Positions 14,489 through 28,750 are shown, counted from the first letter of the stretch. The stretch is 64,000 nt of DNA from Octopus vulgaris (GCA_951406725.2 OX597820.1:24366001-24430000), one strand, 5' to 3'. A program made the numbers and translations. The notes: generated from the letters alone by a model not told the origin.

Positions 14489-14520
<32 letters not shown>

Positions 14521-15608
14521 AGTATGTGTGCGTATGTGTGTGGTGTGTGTGTGTCTTTGTGCATGCGTTTGTTCCCCACCACTTAACAACTGCTGTTGTT
14601 CTGTTCATGCCCCATTAACTTAATGGTTCGACAAAAGTGAAGCGATAGAATACGTACTAGACTTTTAAAAAATAAGTTCTAGGGTCGACTTGTTCGACTA
14701 AGATATTGAGAGCCGTGCTCCAGCATGGCCGCCGTCCAATGCCTGAAAGAAATAATAGCTAACAGATAAAAGCGACATGCAAAAAAAAAAAATGAAAAGA
14801 CACACTCACACACATTCTTACACAACAACCCACATACACTCAGTCATCCACACACGCGCACACACACACACACACACACGTACACACTTGCTTGTACAGA
14901 CTTATGTATATGTGGACCTGCACGTATGTATGCAGGAGCGACTACAATAAATTTTATTGCTAAGACATGAAATCTGTTCGCTGATATTTTGCTTTACTAC
15001 ATAACACTTATTTCATCTGACAACCCAATTGTTATATGCGACTTCGAATACGTGAAACTTATATTATCTTTCATGTTCTTATTTTTAACACCTATATTAT
15101 TTATACTTGTCATTCTTAGAGCCTCCATAAACATAGCTATTTTCTTTTTTATATTCCTTAATTCTCTATTTCACTCAATGCATTTTATTCTTCTCGCTAA
15201 TATATATTTTACATATTCTACCGCAAAGAAAGAATCTTCTCTAGAGCTATTGATTTCAATGTTCAATACAATATTCATTCTTTTCTCACATCTTTCTTTA
15301 CTTTGCGAGACGTCTTTTATTAGTAAAGGTGTTATGACAAAAAATAGCTAAGATTTATTATGCTGTATTCAATTTGCACATAGCTTTCTCGCTTATGTCT
15401 TAATTATACGTATGCGTAGGCATGGCTGTATTAAGACGTTCGCTTTGTAACCACGTGATATTGGTTTCTCTCCAACTGCGCGGTACATTAGACAAGTGTC
15501 TTTTTCTACAGCTCTGGGCCGACCAATGACTCGTGAGTGAATTTGGTAGTAGGAAACTATGTGGAAACCCGCCGTGTATATATATGGATGTGTGTGCGTA
15601 TATATGTG

Positions 15609-15685
<77 letters not shown>

Positions 15686-15737
15686 GTCTGTCTGTCTGTC
15701 TGCCTGCATGACTGCCTGTTTGTCTATCTGTCTCTCT

Positions 15738-15782
<45 letters not shown>

Positions 15783-17721
15783 CAGCTGTATCGATCAGAC
15801 TATCAAATGTGGTTATACACCGCTGGTTACAATGCGCTGGAATATGTCCTCAACACCACCATTCTGTCATTACGGTCCTTTATCCACTGCTTAGGGGGTA
15901 AAATCTCCCACTTCAGCACAGTGTCCTTCTCTGTTGCCAAGCTTGCAAAAAGAAAGTTTCCAAAAAAAAAAAAAAGGTCCAACACAAAGTTCAAAAAAGT
16001 TCAATAAAAACACAAAAAAGAACAGAAAGACAGAGTAGAGAAAAATAACGAAAGAAGACAGTTCAATTCACGGCAACACAATTCCGCCACTGCGGTAATC
16101 CACAAGAATACAGGTACTCCAGTTCACCTTCGCGGCACAAAGATTAATTCTTGCTGTCCTCGTACTCCTTGCCTGTGGTAAATCCAATGGAACTTCCAGG
16201 GCACGAACATAATCACACAAAGACAATTTTCACAAACATTTTTTTTTTTTGCGGAGGGAATACGCCTCCTCAAAAGCACAATTCTCACTGCAAAGTGAGT
16301 CTTTTCGCACGACCGCAGGCAGGCAAATATCTGGAGCAGAGTGGTGACTGTTGCTCAACAAAAATTATTAATGACTGAAGAACAAAACTCCACTAAGCCC
16401 CACCCCTCCCCCCAAAAATAACGCCCACCTGTAGTCGAGCTTCAAACGCCCAATATTTCCCGTCGAAAGACGTGACTTCCAAGTAGCAAGAACTCTCCTG
16501 TAGCAAGGCAAGCAAGCTACTTACCACATAGCCACTCCTGCGCCTATCGTCAACTTAACGTGGATATTTCGTTAGAATATAGAATACTGCGTTATTTACC
16601 TTGAGAGAAAATCTCATATTCATGCATGGTGCGTAACAGCACTCATATTTATATCGCTCACAGACGAGAACCGACTGCTATGGCCGCCAGAACTGCCAGA
16701 TCAAATGATTTCGCCCTGCTTGGACTCCATATTGGAGTTTATGATGTTATTTTATTACATAATTGCCAATTGTTTCAACAATTTCACGGAAATTATTCTC
16801 GCATTGTCTCTGTTAATAATGAGCTAGTATTGCATGCTTTATAATATACATTACACAGCTGTTCATGCAATTATTTCTTCAGAAGCTTTTTGATGAATAT
16901 AATACTAAGAAGTAACCGGTCATCTCGCATAAATACGAAGTGTTTAACAATGATCAGAATAGATGGCAATGAATCAAGAGTTAATCAAGAAAAAAAGAAG
17001 GAAAGAAAGAAAGGAAGGAAGGAAAGAAGGAAGGAAGGAAGGCAGAAAAGAGAAAAAGAAAATGGAAATAAAATCTGATGTAGAGAACGAACAAAAATTC
17101 AAACTTTGAACTTGAGAAAATCTTGCATAGTTTTACTGTTCCGTTTAGGCATTGTATTTGTAATGTGTGTATTAGTTGGTTAACTTCGTTTTTTTTAAGA
17201 CATTAAATTTTTCAGATGCATGTATGCATGCGTGCATCACTCTCTCTCTCTCTGTTACATGTATACACACACACACACACACGAATGGCGGCATCCAATT
17301 TGCCTGAGTTTCTTAAAATAAATTCAATCACATCAATCCACTTCATCCTTGGTTAGTGATAATCGCTTTAAAAAAATACCGATAGATTTCTGTTTCTTTT
17401 ACAAATGCTGATTCTGTGAAAATTGCTGCATGCAAGTATTTCAAAAGATTGATGCTGCTGAGCTTCTTAAAAATAAGCCCACAAACATATACATAAATAT
17501 TGAACAAAGTCACATCATAAAGCAGCCTCTGATCTTTTCTTTTAAAAAGATGTGTCACGATGCGAATAAAGCTGAAGTACCTAAGTGCAAAACAGTGGCC
17601 TACAACTTGGGGCATACATACTTTTTGGTGATATACATGCATAAATACATAATACCTACATATATACATACATACGCACGCAAACGCACACACATACATA
17701 TATATGCATATACATACATGT

Positions 17722-17758
<37 letters not shown>

Positions 17759-17841
17759 GGTCCCGGGTTGAGTCGGGGTTAACCACAGTAAATAAGGTAC
17801 TCAATACATAGCAGAGTAAATTAATTTATTTTATAGAAGGA

Positions 17842-17890
17842 GCTTCTACAGGACTAGAACTGTTTCATTCAAAAGAAATCATCAGGAAGC
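17842..17890 (-). ncRNA. Type I hammerhead ribozyme in PLE pLTR
   Basis: Minus strand: gcttc CTGATGA tttc tttt gaat GAAAC ag ttctagtc ct GTA gaagc. Stem I gcttc/gaagc, stem III acag/ctgt, GUA site. Confidence 0.88.
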
Positions 17891-18763
17891 AAGTAGACAA
17901 GAGTTGTTTTGGCATTTATACATTTAGGCAGGTTTAAATGGGTGGTGGTGGGGGACTTTTTTGGGGGTAGGCATGGCGCAAAACTGTCATTATTAGGGGA
18001 GTGGTCAAAGGAATCGGTGGTAAAGTAGATAAAAGAATAAATAAAAGAATAAAAGATAAAATAAAAATAAAAATAAAAAAATTAAAAAATATAAATAGAA
18101 AAGTTTTAGGTAAGTGGGGAGACTCTCACTTGTACATCTACATATATATATACATACACATATACACACCCGCCTATTCACGTATATCTATACATATACA
18201 TACATACCCACATATACATACATATATATATACATACATACGTACACATACACATACATATATATATATATATACATATATCTACACATACTCATGTACG
18301 TACACACAGATACACAAAACATACACATACATACACATATGTATACCCACTCGCACATATATATACAAATACATATACATGCACGCACATACACACACAT
18401 TTTTATTCTCTTATTTTAAGTTTATTAACTACTTTTGTTTATATCTTTATTTTTATCTTGACCGGTCAAACTTGTCCCAAGGGATCTCTAAAGATTCTGT
18501 TATTCTATCTACTTACTGATACGACCGCAAGCACTTACTCACGCCCACACATTCACACGTACACTCACGCACAAGTTATATTCATACACGCCTACATCTA
18601 CATACATTCACGTATATTCACATACACGCATACACATACATACCTCAACACACCCACAGAAGACTAGTCCATACATATACACTAATTAATATATATACAC
18701 ATATACATTCATATACATATACATACACATATACACTCATACATATATACACATGCACACATA

Positions 18764-18837
<74 letters not shown>

Positions 18838-19195
18838 CGGAAGCTTTATGAAAATATATATATATATATATATATATCTACACATACATACATACATACA
18901 TGCGTACACATACACACACACACACGCGCGCACACGCGCACACACAAGCGTACACATATATATACATATATATACACATACATACATACATATACATATA
19001 CATATCTATACATATATATATACGCATATATATACATATACATACACACATACATACACATACACATATATACACATCCATATACATACACATCCATATA
19101 TACGCATATATATACATATACATACACATATACATACACATACACATATATACACATCCATATACACATACACACATACACATATACACACACAT

Positions 19196-19235
<40 letters not shown>

Positions 19236-19410
19236 TTACACACACATTTTTACACACATATATATATATATATATATACACACATACACATACACACACA
19301 TACACATATATATACATATATACATATACATATATATACATATATACATACATATGTGCACATATACACATACATATATATACATATATACACATACATA
19401 CACACAAGCA

Positions 19411-19720
19411 CATACATGCATAAATGTATACATATGTTTATACAAATGCATACACATACACACACTCACGCGCCTCCTTATATACATAAAAACATACATG
19501 CATACAAACGCATACTCATGTAATAAATAATGAATAATAAATAATAGATATATATACACATGCAGTTACCCTTTGTACAGACGGAAACATACATATAAGC
19601 ATACACGTATATACCTATCTACACATATGTATATATACATACATGCATGCACATACACATAACTCTACGTACTTACAAATACATAAACACACGAGCGTAC
19701 ACATATATATATATACACAC

Positions 19721-19785
<65 letters not shown>

Positions 19786-20340
19786 CATATATACACACAC
19801 ACACATATACACATACATACATACACTCATACACATACATACATACATATACATACATACATACACACACACACACATACACATACATACACATATATAT
19901 ACATATATATATACACATATATATATATCTACATATACACTACACATATATATATATACACACACATACACATACACATACACACACATACACATATATA
20001 TATGTGTGTGTATATATACATACACATATACACACATATATACACTCAAGCGCATACATGCATAAATGTATACATATGTTTATACAAATGCATACACATA
20101 CACACACTCACGCGCCTCCTTATATACATAAATACATACATGCATACAAACGCATACTCATGTAATAAATAATGAATAATAAATAATAGATATATATACA
20201 CATACAGTTACCCTTTGCACAGACGGAAACATACATATAGGTATACACGTATATACCCATCTACACATATGTATATATACATACATACACATACACACAA
20301 CTCTACATACTTACATATATATAAACACACGAGCATACAC

Positions 20341-20345
<5 letters not shown>
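19411..20345. repeat. ~642-bp tandem duplication within the PLE 3' region
   Basis: Unique core catacatgcataaatgtatac...cagacggaaacatac at 19411 and 20053. Confidence 0.85.
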
Positions 20346-20407
<62 letters not shown>

Positions 20408-20819
20408 CATACACATACACATACATACATATATACACATATATACATACACATACATACATACACACACATACACATACATACACATATATATACATAT
20501 ACATATACATATATATATATATACATATATATACATACACACATATATACATATACATATATATATATATAAACATATAAAATATAAAAAACCACACACA
20601 TACGCACATACCCGTGTATATACATATACACATACATATACATATACACGCACTCACATACATGCGTATATTCCTACTAACACCTATTCATTTCTATACA
20701 TATATACATTACATATATACAGGTGTACATATACAATCTGTGATTAGTCTTAGGAGGAAAGTTAATTGGGGGTGCTGGGGGAACGGTGGGGTTGGGGGGG
20801 TTTTGTGGGTGGGGTGTCG

Positions 20820-22483
20820 TCAATCGGGTTGCCGGGTGGGTCTATAGTTCTTGTAGTTTGCATAAATTTTATGCATGCAATTTGGGGAGTGTTCTGAGAT
20901 CTTGTTGAGGAGATGGCCTTTGGCGAACAAGATCTCGAGGCTCTCGGAAATGCAAAGGTCACAGCAGGTATGGCCTCCTGTGTACGAACGCGCCTTCTGT
21001 AGTAGTCTCCACTTGGTCTTGAAGGGGATGGAGTTCCTTTTAAGGTACCAGATGTGGGCGGCGAGGATAGTTTGGTTGGATTTATCCGGTCGCCGGAACG
21101 AGTGTGTGTGGGCGTACCAGCGGGTCTTGAAGCTGTTTGACGTCATTCGGATGTACGATTTTCTTTTATCATCGGGGCCTGATCTTACCTCGCATGTATA
21201 TACGAGGTCCCTCTGTAGGCAGTTGTTATTGAGGGGGCAGGTGGTTTTATCAGGGCAGTTGCAATTGCTATCGGATGTTGGATGGGCCTCGGAAAGAGTA
21301 GATATATTAAGTTTTTTCACGTTGTTGTTGGCTAGGTTCCTGGCTAGATTGGGCGTGGTAGAGTAGGAGAGTCTAATGGTATTCTTATTTAGGATAGTAT
21401 AGTACTTATGTTGGGTGGGGAAGTGTTTCTGTAGGAGAGTGAAGAAGATTTTAGCTACAGGTGTAGCGACCTCACGGTTGAAGGGGGGGTTGTACCAGCT
21501 AATGTGTCTTCGCCTATTTTTCCTGGGTTGGCGTGGGGCTATACTAGTATAGGTGATCTTATCTTTAAAGCCACTGCGGGCCAGGGCCTCGTTGTAATAG
21601 GGGGCTGCGGCGTTAAAGATATCTTCAGTAGCGGACAGGCTAGATGTTCTAATTGAGACACTTTTTATTAGGTTGTCTAATATATTTTTGGGGTGGTTGG
21701 AATTAATATCTATATATCTAAGGGATTCATTTGGTTTGTGGTACGGGTAATAAAGTGAGGTTTTTAAGTCGAGGGTAACGTCAAGGAAGTTAGCTTTGGT
21801 TAAGTTGGATTCTAAGGTAATCCTAAGGCCTAAGTTTTTAAAAAAAGTGTAAAGATTTTTCCGGAACCCATCCGTGGTCCTGGGGTTTATTTTGCAGAGG
21901 GCAAAAAGGCCATCATCGCGGTAAAGACCACCGGAGAGGCCTGTGAATAGGGTCTTCAGCTTATGGAGGATGAAAAGGCCCACAAGGTCACTTATTTCAG
22001 CCGAGTCGCTAGCACCCATGCTGACGTCGAAGGGGGTCACAGATTTTTTGTTGATCCAGTGGGATCCGTCGTGGAAAAGAAAAGTCTTACGTGCGTGGAG
22101 GATCACATCTTGCTCGGCCTCAGTGATGGTGGAGGACCTCCTAGCGAAGTTAATCGCGTCGATCAGCAAGTTCTCCGATATGGAGGCGTAGTAGTCTTCG
22201 ATATCTAATTGTAGGAATCGGGTGTTGCTTTTGTCAGGTAAATCCCGGAACCAGGTTATTGCCTCGGAGGTCCTATTCCAGAGTGGAAGAAGCGAAGCTT
22301 CACGCATTTTTGGTAAAATCCTGTCCAGGATCTTCTTGCTGACGGATCCGATGTCAGACTTGGTCGGGTTAATTAGTCGGACCGACGGTTTATTTTCGAA
22401 ATTGTCCTTGTGGTCTTTCAGGGTGAAGTGTGGGGACTTCACCCTCAGGGGTTCAGTTCGGTCATCGATTTTAAGGGAGGTGG

Positions 22484-22487
<4 letters not shown>
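20820..22487 (-). CDS. PLE reverse transcriptase-GIY-YIG endonuclease polyprotein (N-terminally truncated)
   Basis: Motifs TLKDHK..RLINPTKSDIG, LDIEDYYASI, MGASDSAEISDLVG, GLYRDDGL, NFLDVTLDL, WYNPPF, linker CNCPDKTTCPLNNNC, LVY..SYIRMTSNSFKTRWYAH (YIG>YIR), CDLCISE, LLNK. The frame stays open upstream of the called GTG (IATSLKIDDRTEPLRV) to the TA run, so 22442 is not a true start. Confidence 0.93.
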
Positions 22488-22518
<31 letters not shown>

Positions 22519-22519
<1 letters not shown>

Positions 22520-22793
22520 GTGAATGTCAAACGATGAAATGAGTGCGCAACACCGCATTGGTGGATAAATAATTTCTTTATTTGTGAATTAAGGCTATCA
22601 GTGGTTTCATGTTGAGAAAAGTAGGGAAATATCTTTGTGTCATAACAATTTTTCAAGCCTATCACAAGGAAATAAACGGTCTCCAAGATAGAAACAAACA
22701 ACTTTCTCCATGCAATCGGCTTGAAAATTGTTAAGACTTTAGGATATTTTCCTACTTTTCTTAACATGGTAGCTTTAATTCACAAATAATATA

Positions 22794-22795
<2 letters not shown>
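22519..22795. mobile_element. TA-flanked insertion with imperfect inverted repeat
   Basis: Arms ~22578-22659 and ~22718-22789. Confidence 0.55.
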
Positions 22796-22832
<37 letters not shown>

Positions 22833-23017
22833 TCGGGGTGAGTACTTGATAATTATAAGCACCTGTGTATACCGTCCTCATCCTACATTGAGAGAAGAAA
22901 GAGATGGACGCTTCAATTCTATGCTGCTGCCGCATTATGTCGTACGCGAATGGGAGGATTTGCATCCCCAACCAAGAATTTTTGATGTAACACATGTCCT
23001 TGTGGAAGCTGTTGTGC

Positions 23018-23095
23018 GCGGCTGAAGAAGGCCACAGACATACATTATGCATTGTTATAAATCTGTCTAATAAAGGCCCGAAACATATGTACCGC
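23018..23095 (+). ncRNA. Type I hammerhead ribozyme with stem-II insertion
   Basis: gcgg CTGAAGA aggcc acaga...tctgt ctaataa aggccc GAAAC atat GTA ccgc; lies in TA-flanked island ~22829-23131. Confidence 0.78.
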
Positions 23096-23128
23096 TGAAT
23101 CCTTCGCATCATGTTTTTATTTTGATCA

Positions 23129-23169
<41 letters not shown>

Positions 23170-23809
23170 CATGTATGTATATATCTACATAGGCACACAC
23201 ACACACACACACACACAAAGATATTTTCATTATGGAATAAGGCCAGCAATTCGATTACATTCACCCAAGAAATTAAGTGGTATTATATTTTATTGATCTG
23301 GACAGGATGAAAGGCATTGCGAACTTCGGTGATATTTGAACTCGAACCAGAAAAAATACCACTAAGCATTTTATCCGTCTTGTTAACGATTCTGCTAGCT
23401 CGTCACCTTCATACATACACACACACACAGACACAACACACACACACACACACACACAATGATACAAACACGCACGTACACAATTATACACACACATACA
23501 CACTGACATATATACTTATAACTTATGTCGACTAGTGCAATCAAGACTACAACTCAAGGCATTTATATAAGAGAATATAAATGTAAATTAAATGCCGGTA
23601 TATAGAAAGTCTTTGAGAGGAAAGCGGTTGAATCTCAGGGAATTAACTTCACCAGCCTGAATTACAACAGATGAAAAGATTGCACTGATTAAAATTAATA
23701 ACTACACTCGTGCGAAAAGAAGTTGCAGTGCGCCATGCCGTATTTCGTTATATAGTTTGAAATGTGACAGAATTTACATCTCACACACGTATGCGCACAC
23801 AGACATACG

Positions 23810-23886
<77 letters not shown>

Positions 23887-23891
23887 ACACA

Positions 23892-23932
<41 letters not shown>

Positions 23933-23974
23933 CATTGTCCATAGTTGTGCATTCTTCTTCTTCTTCTTCTTCGT

Positions 23975-24128
23975 CTAACTTTACGTTCTGAGTTGAAATT
24001 CCGTCAAGGTTGACTTTCCCTTTTGTCCTTTCGGAGTCAATAAAATAAGTATCAGTTGATCATTGGGGTTGATGTAATCGACTTACCCCTCCCTCCGAAA
24101 TAACTGGTCTTGTGCCAAAATTTGAAAC

Positions 24129-24179
<51 letters not shown>

Positions 24180-24393
24180 TTTGGCGGTGTGCTGACAGAA
24201 TCGTTACCACGCCGGGCGAAATGCTTAGCGCTATTTCGTCTGCCGTTACGTTCTCAGTTCGAATTCCTCCGAGGTCGACCTTGAGTTTTATACTTTCGAG
24301 GTAGATAAATCAACTACCATTTGATAGCTGGGGTCGATGTAATCGACTATCCTCTTCCTCCAAATTTCAGGCCTTGTGCCTTTTGTAGAAAGG

Positions 24394-24395
<2 letters not shown>
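23975..24395 (+). mobile_element. Two SINE family B copies with (TTA)n tails
   Basis: Same central domain. Confidence 0.75.
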
Positions 24396-24435
<40 letters not shown>

Positions 24436-25351
24436 GTTATATTAGTATTACTGCATCAGAGCATTTATCATTATTATTGTTATTATTATTAGTTCGTGAT
24501 TAGGTAGAGGAATGACTACATGGCGAAGAAGCACATTTTGAAACCAAGTGGTTTCGTGTTCTGTTTAATGTTGCGATAGTTTGGATAATACTCGAACCAA
24601 TACAGCCTAGTACTTGTGTTGCGCAACTAGAGCAAACAGGAGGTCTTAGAAACTTATTTGTGAGTCCTGATGTATTTTTGCTCGTTTTTGTCGTCGTTGC
24701 TGATATTCTTGGTGCTGCTGTCGCTGTTATCAGAGACGTGTTCCTTCAATGCATATGTTGATGATGATAATGATGATGATGATGATTATGACAACGGCGA
24801 CAGCGATGGTGGTGACGAAGACGATGTTTTTAATGAAATGACGATTTCCATGGAAGATAACAACAACAAAAGTGACAAAAAAAAAACCCCAAATAAATAA
24901 TCGAAATGAAAATGGAATATCTAGAATTTTTGAAACAATTTTCTAAGAACACGTATTACAAAATACAACTAAAAAAATAAATAAAAAAAACCCAGAAAAG
25001 AAGATAGTATAAAAGAACGGAGGAATATAATGAAATTCAATCGAGCCAAATAGAATGGAATGAAAGAGAATGGAAAAGAAAAGAATGGAATTATTAAAAT
25101 ATTTAGTTCTGTACATGTTTTCTTGCAAATGGCTTCCGTTAGTATTTTTATATTTCTTTTACGTGTCAATTTGAAAACGAGTTTATTAGATAAATGGATT
25201 TGAGATCTTACATAAACATCAATACAACGTTACGTATGGACAGATACGAAGACACGCGCCAACACATATTACATTTGTTGATATATATACGCATATCTTA
25301 TGTGTGTGTTTATCTCCCACTCTTTCTCTCTGCTTCTGTCTGTATGTCTGT

Positions 25352-25410
<59 letters not shown>

Positions 25411-25467
25411 CATGCATATACTTTTATATATATATAGGTATCTCCATGCATATATGCATATCAATCC

Positions 25468-25549
<82 letters not shown>

Positions 25550-25707
25550 ATATATATATATATACTCTTTTACTATTTTACTTGTGTCAGTCATTTGACT
25601 GCGGCCATGCTGTAGCACCGCCTTTAGTCGAGCAACTCGACCCCGGGACTTATTCTTTTTGTAAGCCTAGTACTTATTCTATCGGTCTCTTTTTGCTGAG
25701 AGAGATA

Positions 25708-25747
<40 letters not shown>

Positions 25748-25855
25748 TAAATCCTGGTATATATATATGTATGTATGAATGTGTGAGTGCGTGTGGGGCG
25801 AATGTATGCATGCATCTATGTATATATATATTTATATATGTGTGGGGTGGTATAA

Positions 25856-25929
<74 letters not shown>

Positions 25930-25957
25930 TTATCTATCTATCTATCTATCTACCTAA

Positions 25958-25992
<35 letters not shown>

Positions 25993-26066
25993 CTATATAT
26001 ATATGTATACACACATACACACACATATACATACATACATACATACATATATATATACATATATAC

Positions 26067-26099
<33 letters not shown>

Positions 26100-26146
26100 T
26101 ATATCTGAATACACACATACACACACACATGCATATACATATATGC

Positions 26147-26194
26147 TTTGATGCTGATTAGAAGAGACTTCTCTTTGAAACCTGGTGTGTTAAA
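26147..26194 (+). ncRNA. Decayed hammerhead
   Basis: tttgatg CTGATtA gaagag actt ctcttt GAAAC ctg GTg tgttaaa. Confidence 0.55.
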
Positions 26195-27393
26195 TAGCTG
26201 TCTATGTTCTTGTTTGATCTTTTATTGAAGATTTTTCATATTTAATTAATGGTCTTTAACATCCACTTTGATACATTAGCGTTCCAGTGGCTATTACTCC
26301 GTTAACATTTGGAAGTTACCTTAAGTTCCTCCTCAGAAAGAAATGGTGGCAAAATGGCGTATTTTCGTGTACTTTGCCTTGAGTCCTCAAGGATCATGTG
26401 AGGGTTGGTGATCATTCTTTTTTGTGCTTTTCCCCTTTGTTATCGAATGCTGTGTGAGCATGCATTTACAGGAAGGTGCTATCGCAACAGGCCACACTGC
26501 TGTATATTTTGTTCCGTGTTTTTTTTTTTAATCATTGAACTGCGGGCACGTTGGGATACCGCTTTGAAAGTTGTAGTCGAACAAATTGACCCCAGTACTT
26601 ATTTTTTAAGTCTGGTACGTGTTCCATTTGCCTCTCTTGCCGAGTCGATAATTTACTGGGATGTAACCAAATCAACACCGGTTATCCAGTGATGGTTGGA
26701 GCTGAAGACAAACACACACACACACACACACATCTACACCCACAACTAAGCACACACACATACATACACCCAAGTATATATATACCAGGGTTTTCAACAC
26801 AGTTTCCGTCTACCAATTGGCTCACAAGACATTTTTTGTTGATTCGGCGCTATACTAGAAGGCAATTGAACAAGATACCGTGCAGTAGCAATGGACCCGA
26901 AACTGCAAAGGGAATTTCTTAACCACTCATGTCTGCTCCTACAGATAACAAAAAGTAAATAAATAAACAAAGAAGATGGATAAAATTTGGTTCCACAAAA
27001 AAAATGGGAAGAACATTTATGGAGGCTGTGGTCATCGTCAAACATTAACCAAAAACTAACAGGCAGAAATAGATACAACACTAACGAAAATAATACTAAA
27101 ACTACCGGACAACCGATGCATAAATTCTAAATAGGGTGTTGGAGACAAACATCTTCTGCACACCCATAACCATTTGCGGTATAACTCAAAGGGTGCGAAA
27201 ATATGCTACTTTCAGCTTGAGAGCGAAGTTGAGATGCTTCCAAAACGATAGTTGATTGATGGATTTAGGAAAGCTATTCTTCCTAACTGAAAATAAAGGA
27301 CTAATGATTCATAATGAAATACTAAAATGCCTTAATAAAATTGAACAAAATAGAACATAGTCAAATATTCAGTACAAGATGTACGTATATATA

Positions 27394-27948
27394 CAGGGTC
27401 AGGCAAAATGATCTGACACATTTGTAGGTTAAATAAAAGGCAAATGAAGTAAAGAAACAAAAAAGTGTTTATATTTTTGAAAAGTACATATAATGCCATT
27501 TTGTTTCATTATGTTTTAAAAATTAAATCAGTCAAATGGGATCCATTATTGTCCACACAATGTCGAAGGCGTTCACGAAAGTTGTCAATAACTCGGCGGG
27601 TCATTTCATGTGGAATGGCAGTAATTTCTTGACGAATTGCATCTTTAAGTTCTGGCGGTGCGAGGTCGGCCGGTTGATTTTCGTTTCAATGCAGATCCAG
27701 TAGCTCTGAAGTTGGTAACCCATAACAAGATCGTGTTTCGAGCTGGTACGGGATCATGTCTACCAAGATTGAAGTGCAAACGGAACGCTCTTTGTGTTGC
27801 AGTTACAAAATCGTTTGTTTTGATAAACGTTTCCACAATGAAAGCGTGATGCTCACCAGTCCAATTCATGGCAGCATCTGAAAAAGAAACGAAAAACAAT
27901 GCCTTTTATTTAACCTACAAATGTGTCAAATCATTTTGCCTGACCCTG
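27394..27948 (-). mobile_element. Internally deleted Tc1/mariner element (DD41D/rosa-like, DUF4817-type HTH)
   Basis: ~49-bp TIRs cagggtcaggcaaaatgat...; TA flanks; N-terminus [26 protein letters not shown] joined to C-terminus ELKDAIRQEITAIPHEMTRRVIDNFRERLRHCVDNNGSHLTDLIFKT*. Confidence 0.88.
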
Positions 27949-28022
27949 TATATATATATGTGTGTGTGTGTGTGTATTATATATGTATGTATATATATAT
28001 ATATATATATGTGTGTATATTA

Positions 28023-28102
<80 letters not shown>

Positions 28103-28465
28103 CGCACATATATGTATGTGTGTATATATACATATCTATTTGTCCATCTATATGCTATGATTACCCTGTTCCTTTGCTTCAAAATACTCATCCACATTCC
28201 CTTGTTCTGTTTGTGCATGTGTGAGTATGTGGTTGCGTATCTGGAAAGATATGTGTGCATAGGCATCTATATATATAATCATATGGGTGTGCGTGTTTGT
28301 GTATGTGCATATATATATATATATATGAATATTGACTCAGAAGACGTTTGTCGATTCGGAGCTATACTAGAAGACAGTTGAACAAGATACCGCGCAGTAA
28401 CAGTGAACCGAAAACAAACAAAACAATATATTATACATACATACATATGCGTGTGTGTGTGTGTT

Positions 28466-28500
<35 letters not shown>

Positions 28501-28501
<1 letters not shown>

Positions 28502-28750
28502 GAGGCGCGTAGCTTAGTGGTTAGGGTGTCAGCATCATGATCGTAAGATTGTGGTTTCGATTCCTGGAACGGGCAACGCGTTGTGTTCTTGAGCAAAACA
28601 TTTCATTTCACGTTGCTCTAGTCCACTCAGCTGATAAAAATGAGTAACGCTGCGACGGACTGTCGTCCCGGCCAGCTGGGGAACACATACGCCATTGAAA
28701 CCGGGAAACTGGGCCCATGAGCCTGACTAGGCTTTAAAAGGGCGCATTTA
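28501..28750 (+). mobile_element. tRNA-derived SINE family C
   Basis: ggaggcgcgtagcttagtggttaggg..ggtttcgattcc head; related heads at 1150-1415 and 40174-40380. Confidence 0.82.

Larger units (their letters stand above)
17758..22487 (-). mobile_element. Penelope-like retroelement (Naiad-type), 5'-truncated, inserted in (TA)n; ORF, ~3 kb microsatellite-rich 3' region and pLTR with hammerhead
   Basis: RT + GIY-YIG ORF at 20820-22487; same-strand HHR at 17842-17890; both ends abut (TA)n runs. Confidence 0.88.

Noticed and set aside
18001-20663. Many YI/HT/VC/LSIY-repeat ORFs here and across the window
   Set aside because: Translations of stop-free microsatellites, not proteins.
20820-22487. 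Selenoprotein-type Naiad (in-frame UGA plus SECIS)
   Set aside because: No in-frame UGA in the retained ORF and no SECIS recognised.
20875-22542. Plus-strand ORFs overlapping the PLE
   Set aside because: Antisense shadows of the RT/EN frame.
28501-28575. tRNA gene
   Set aside because: tRNA-like head of a SINE, continuing into SINE body and tail.
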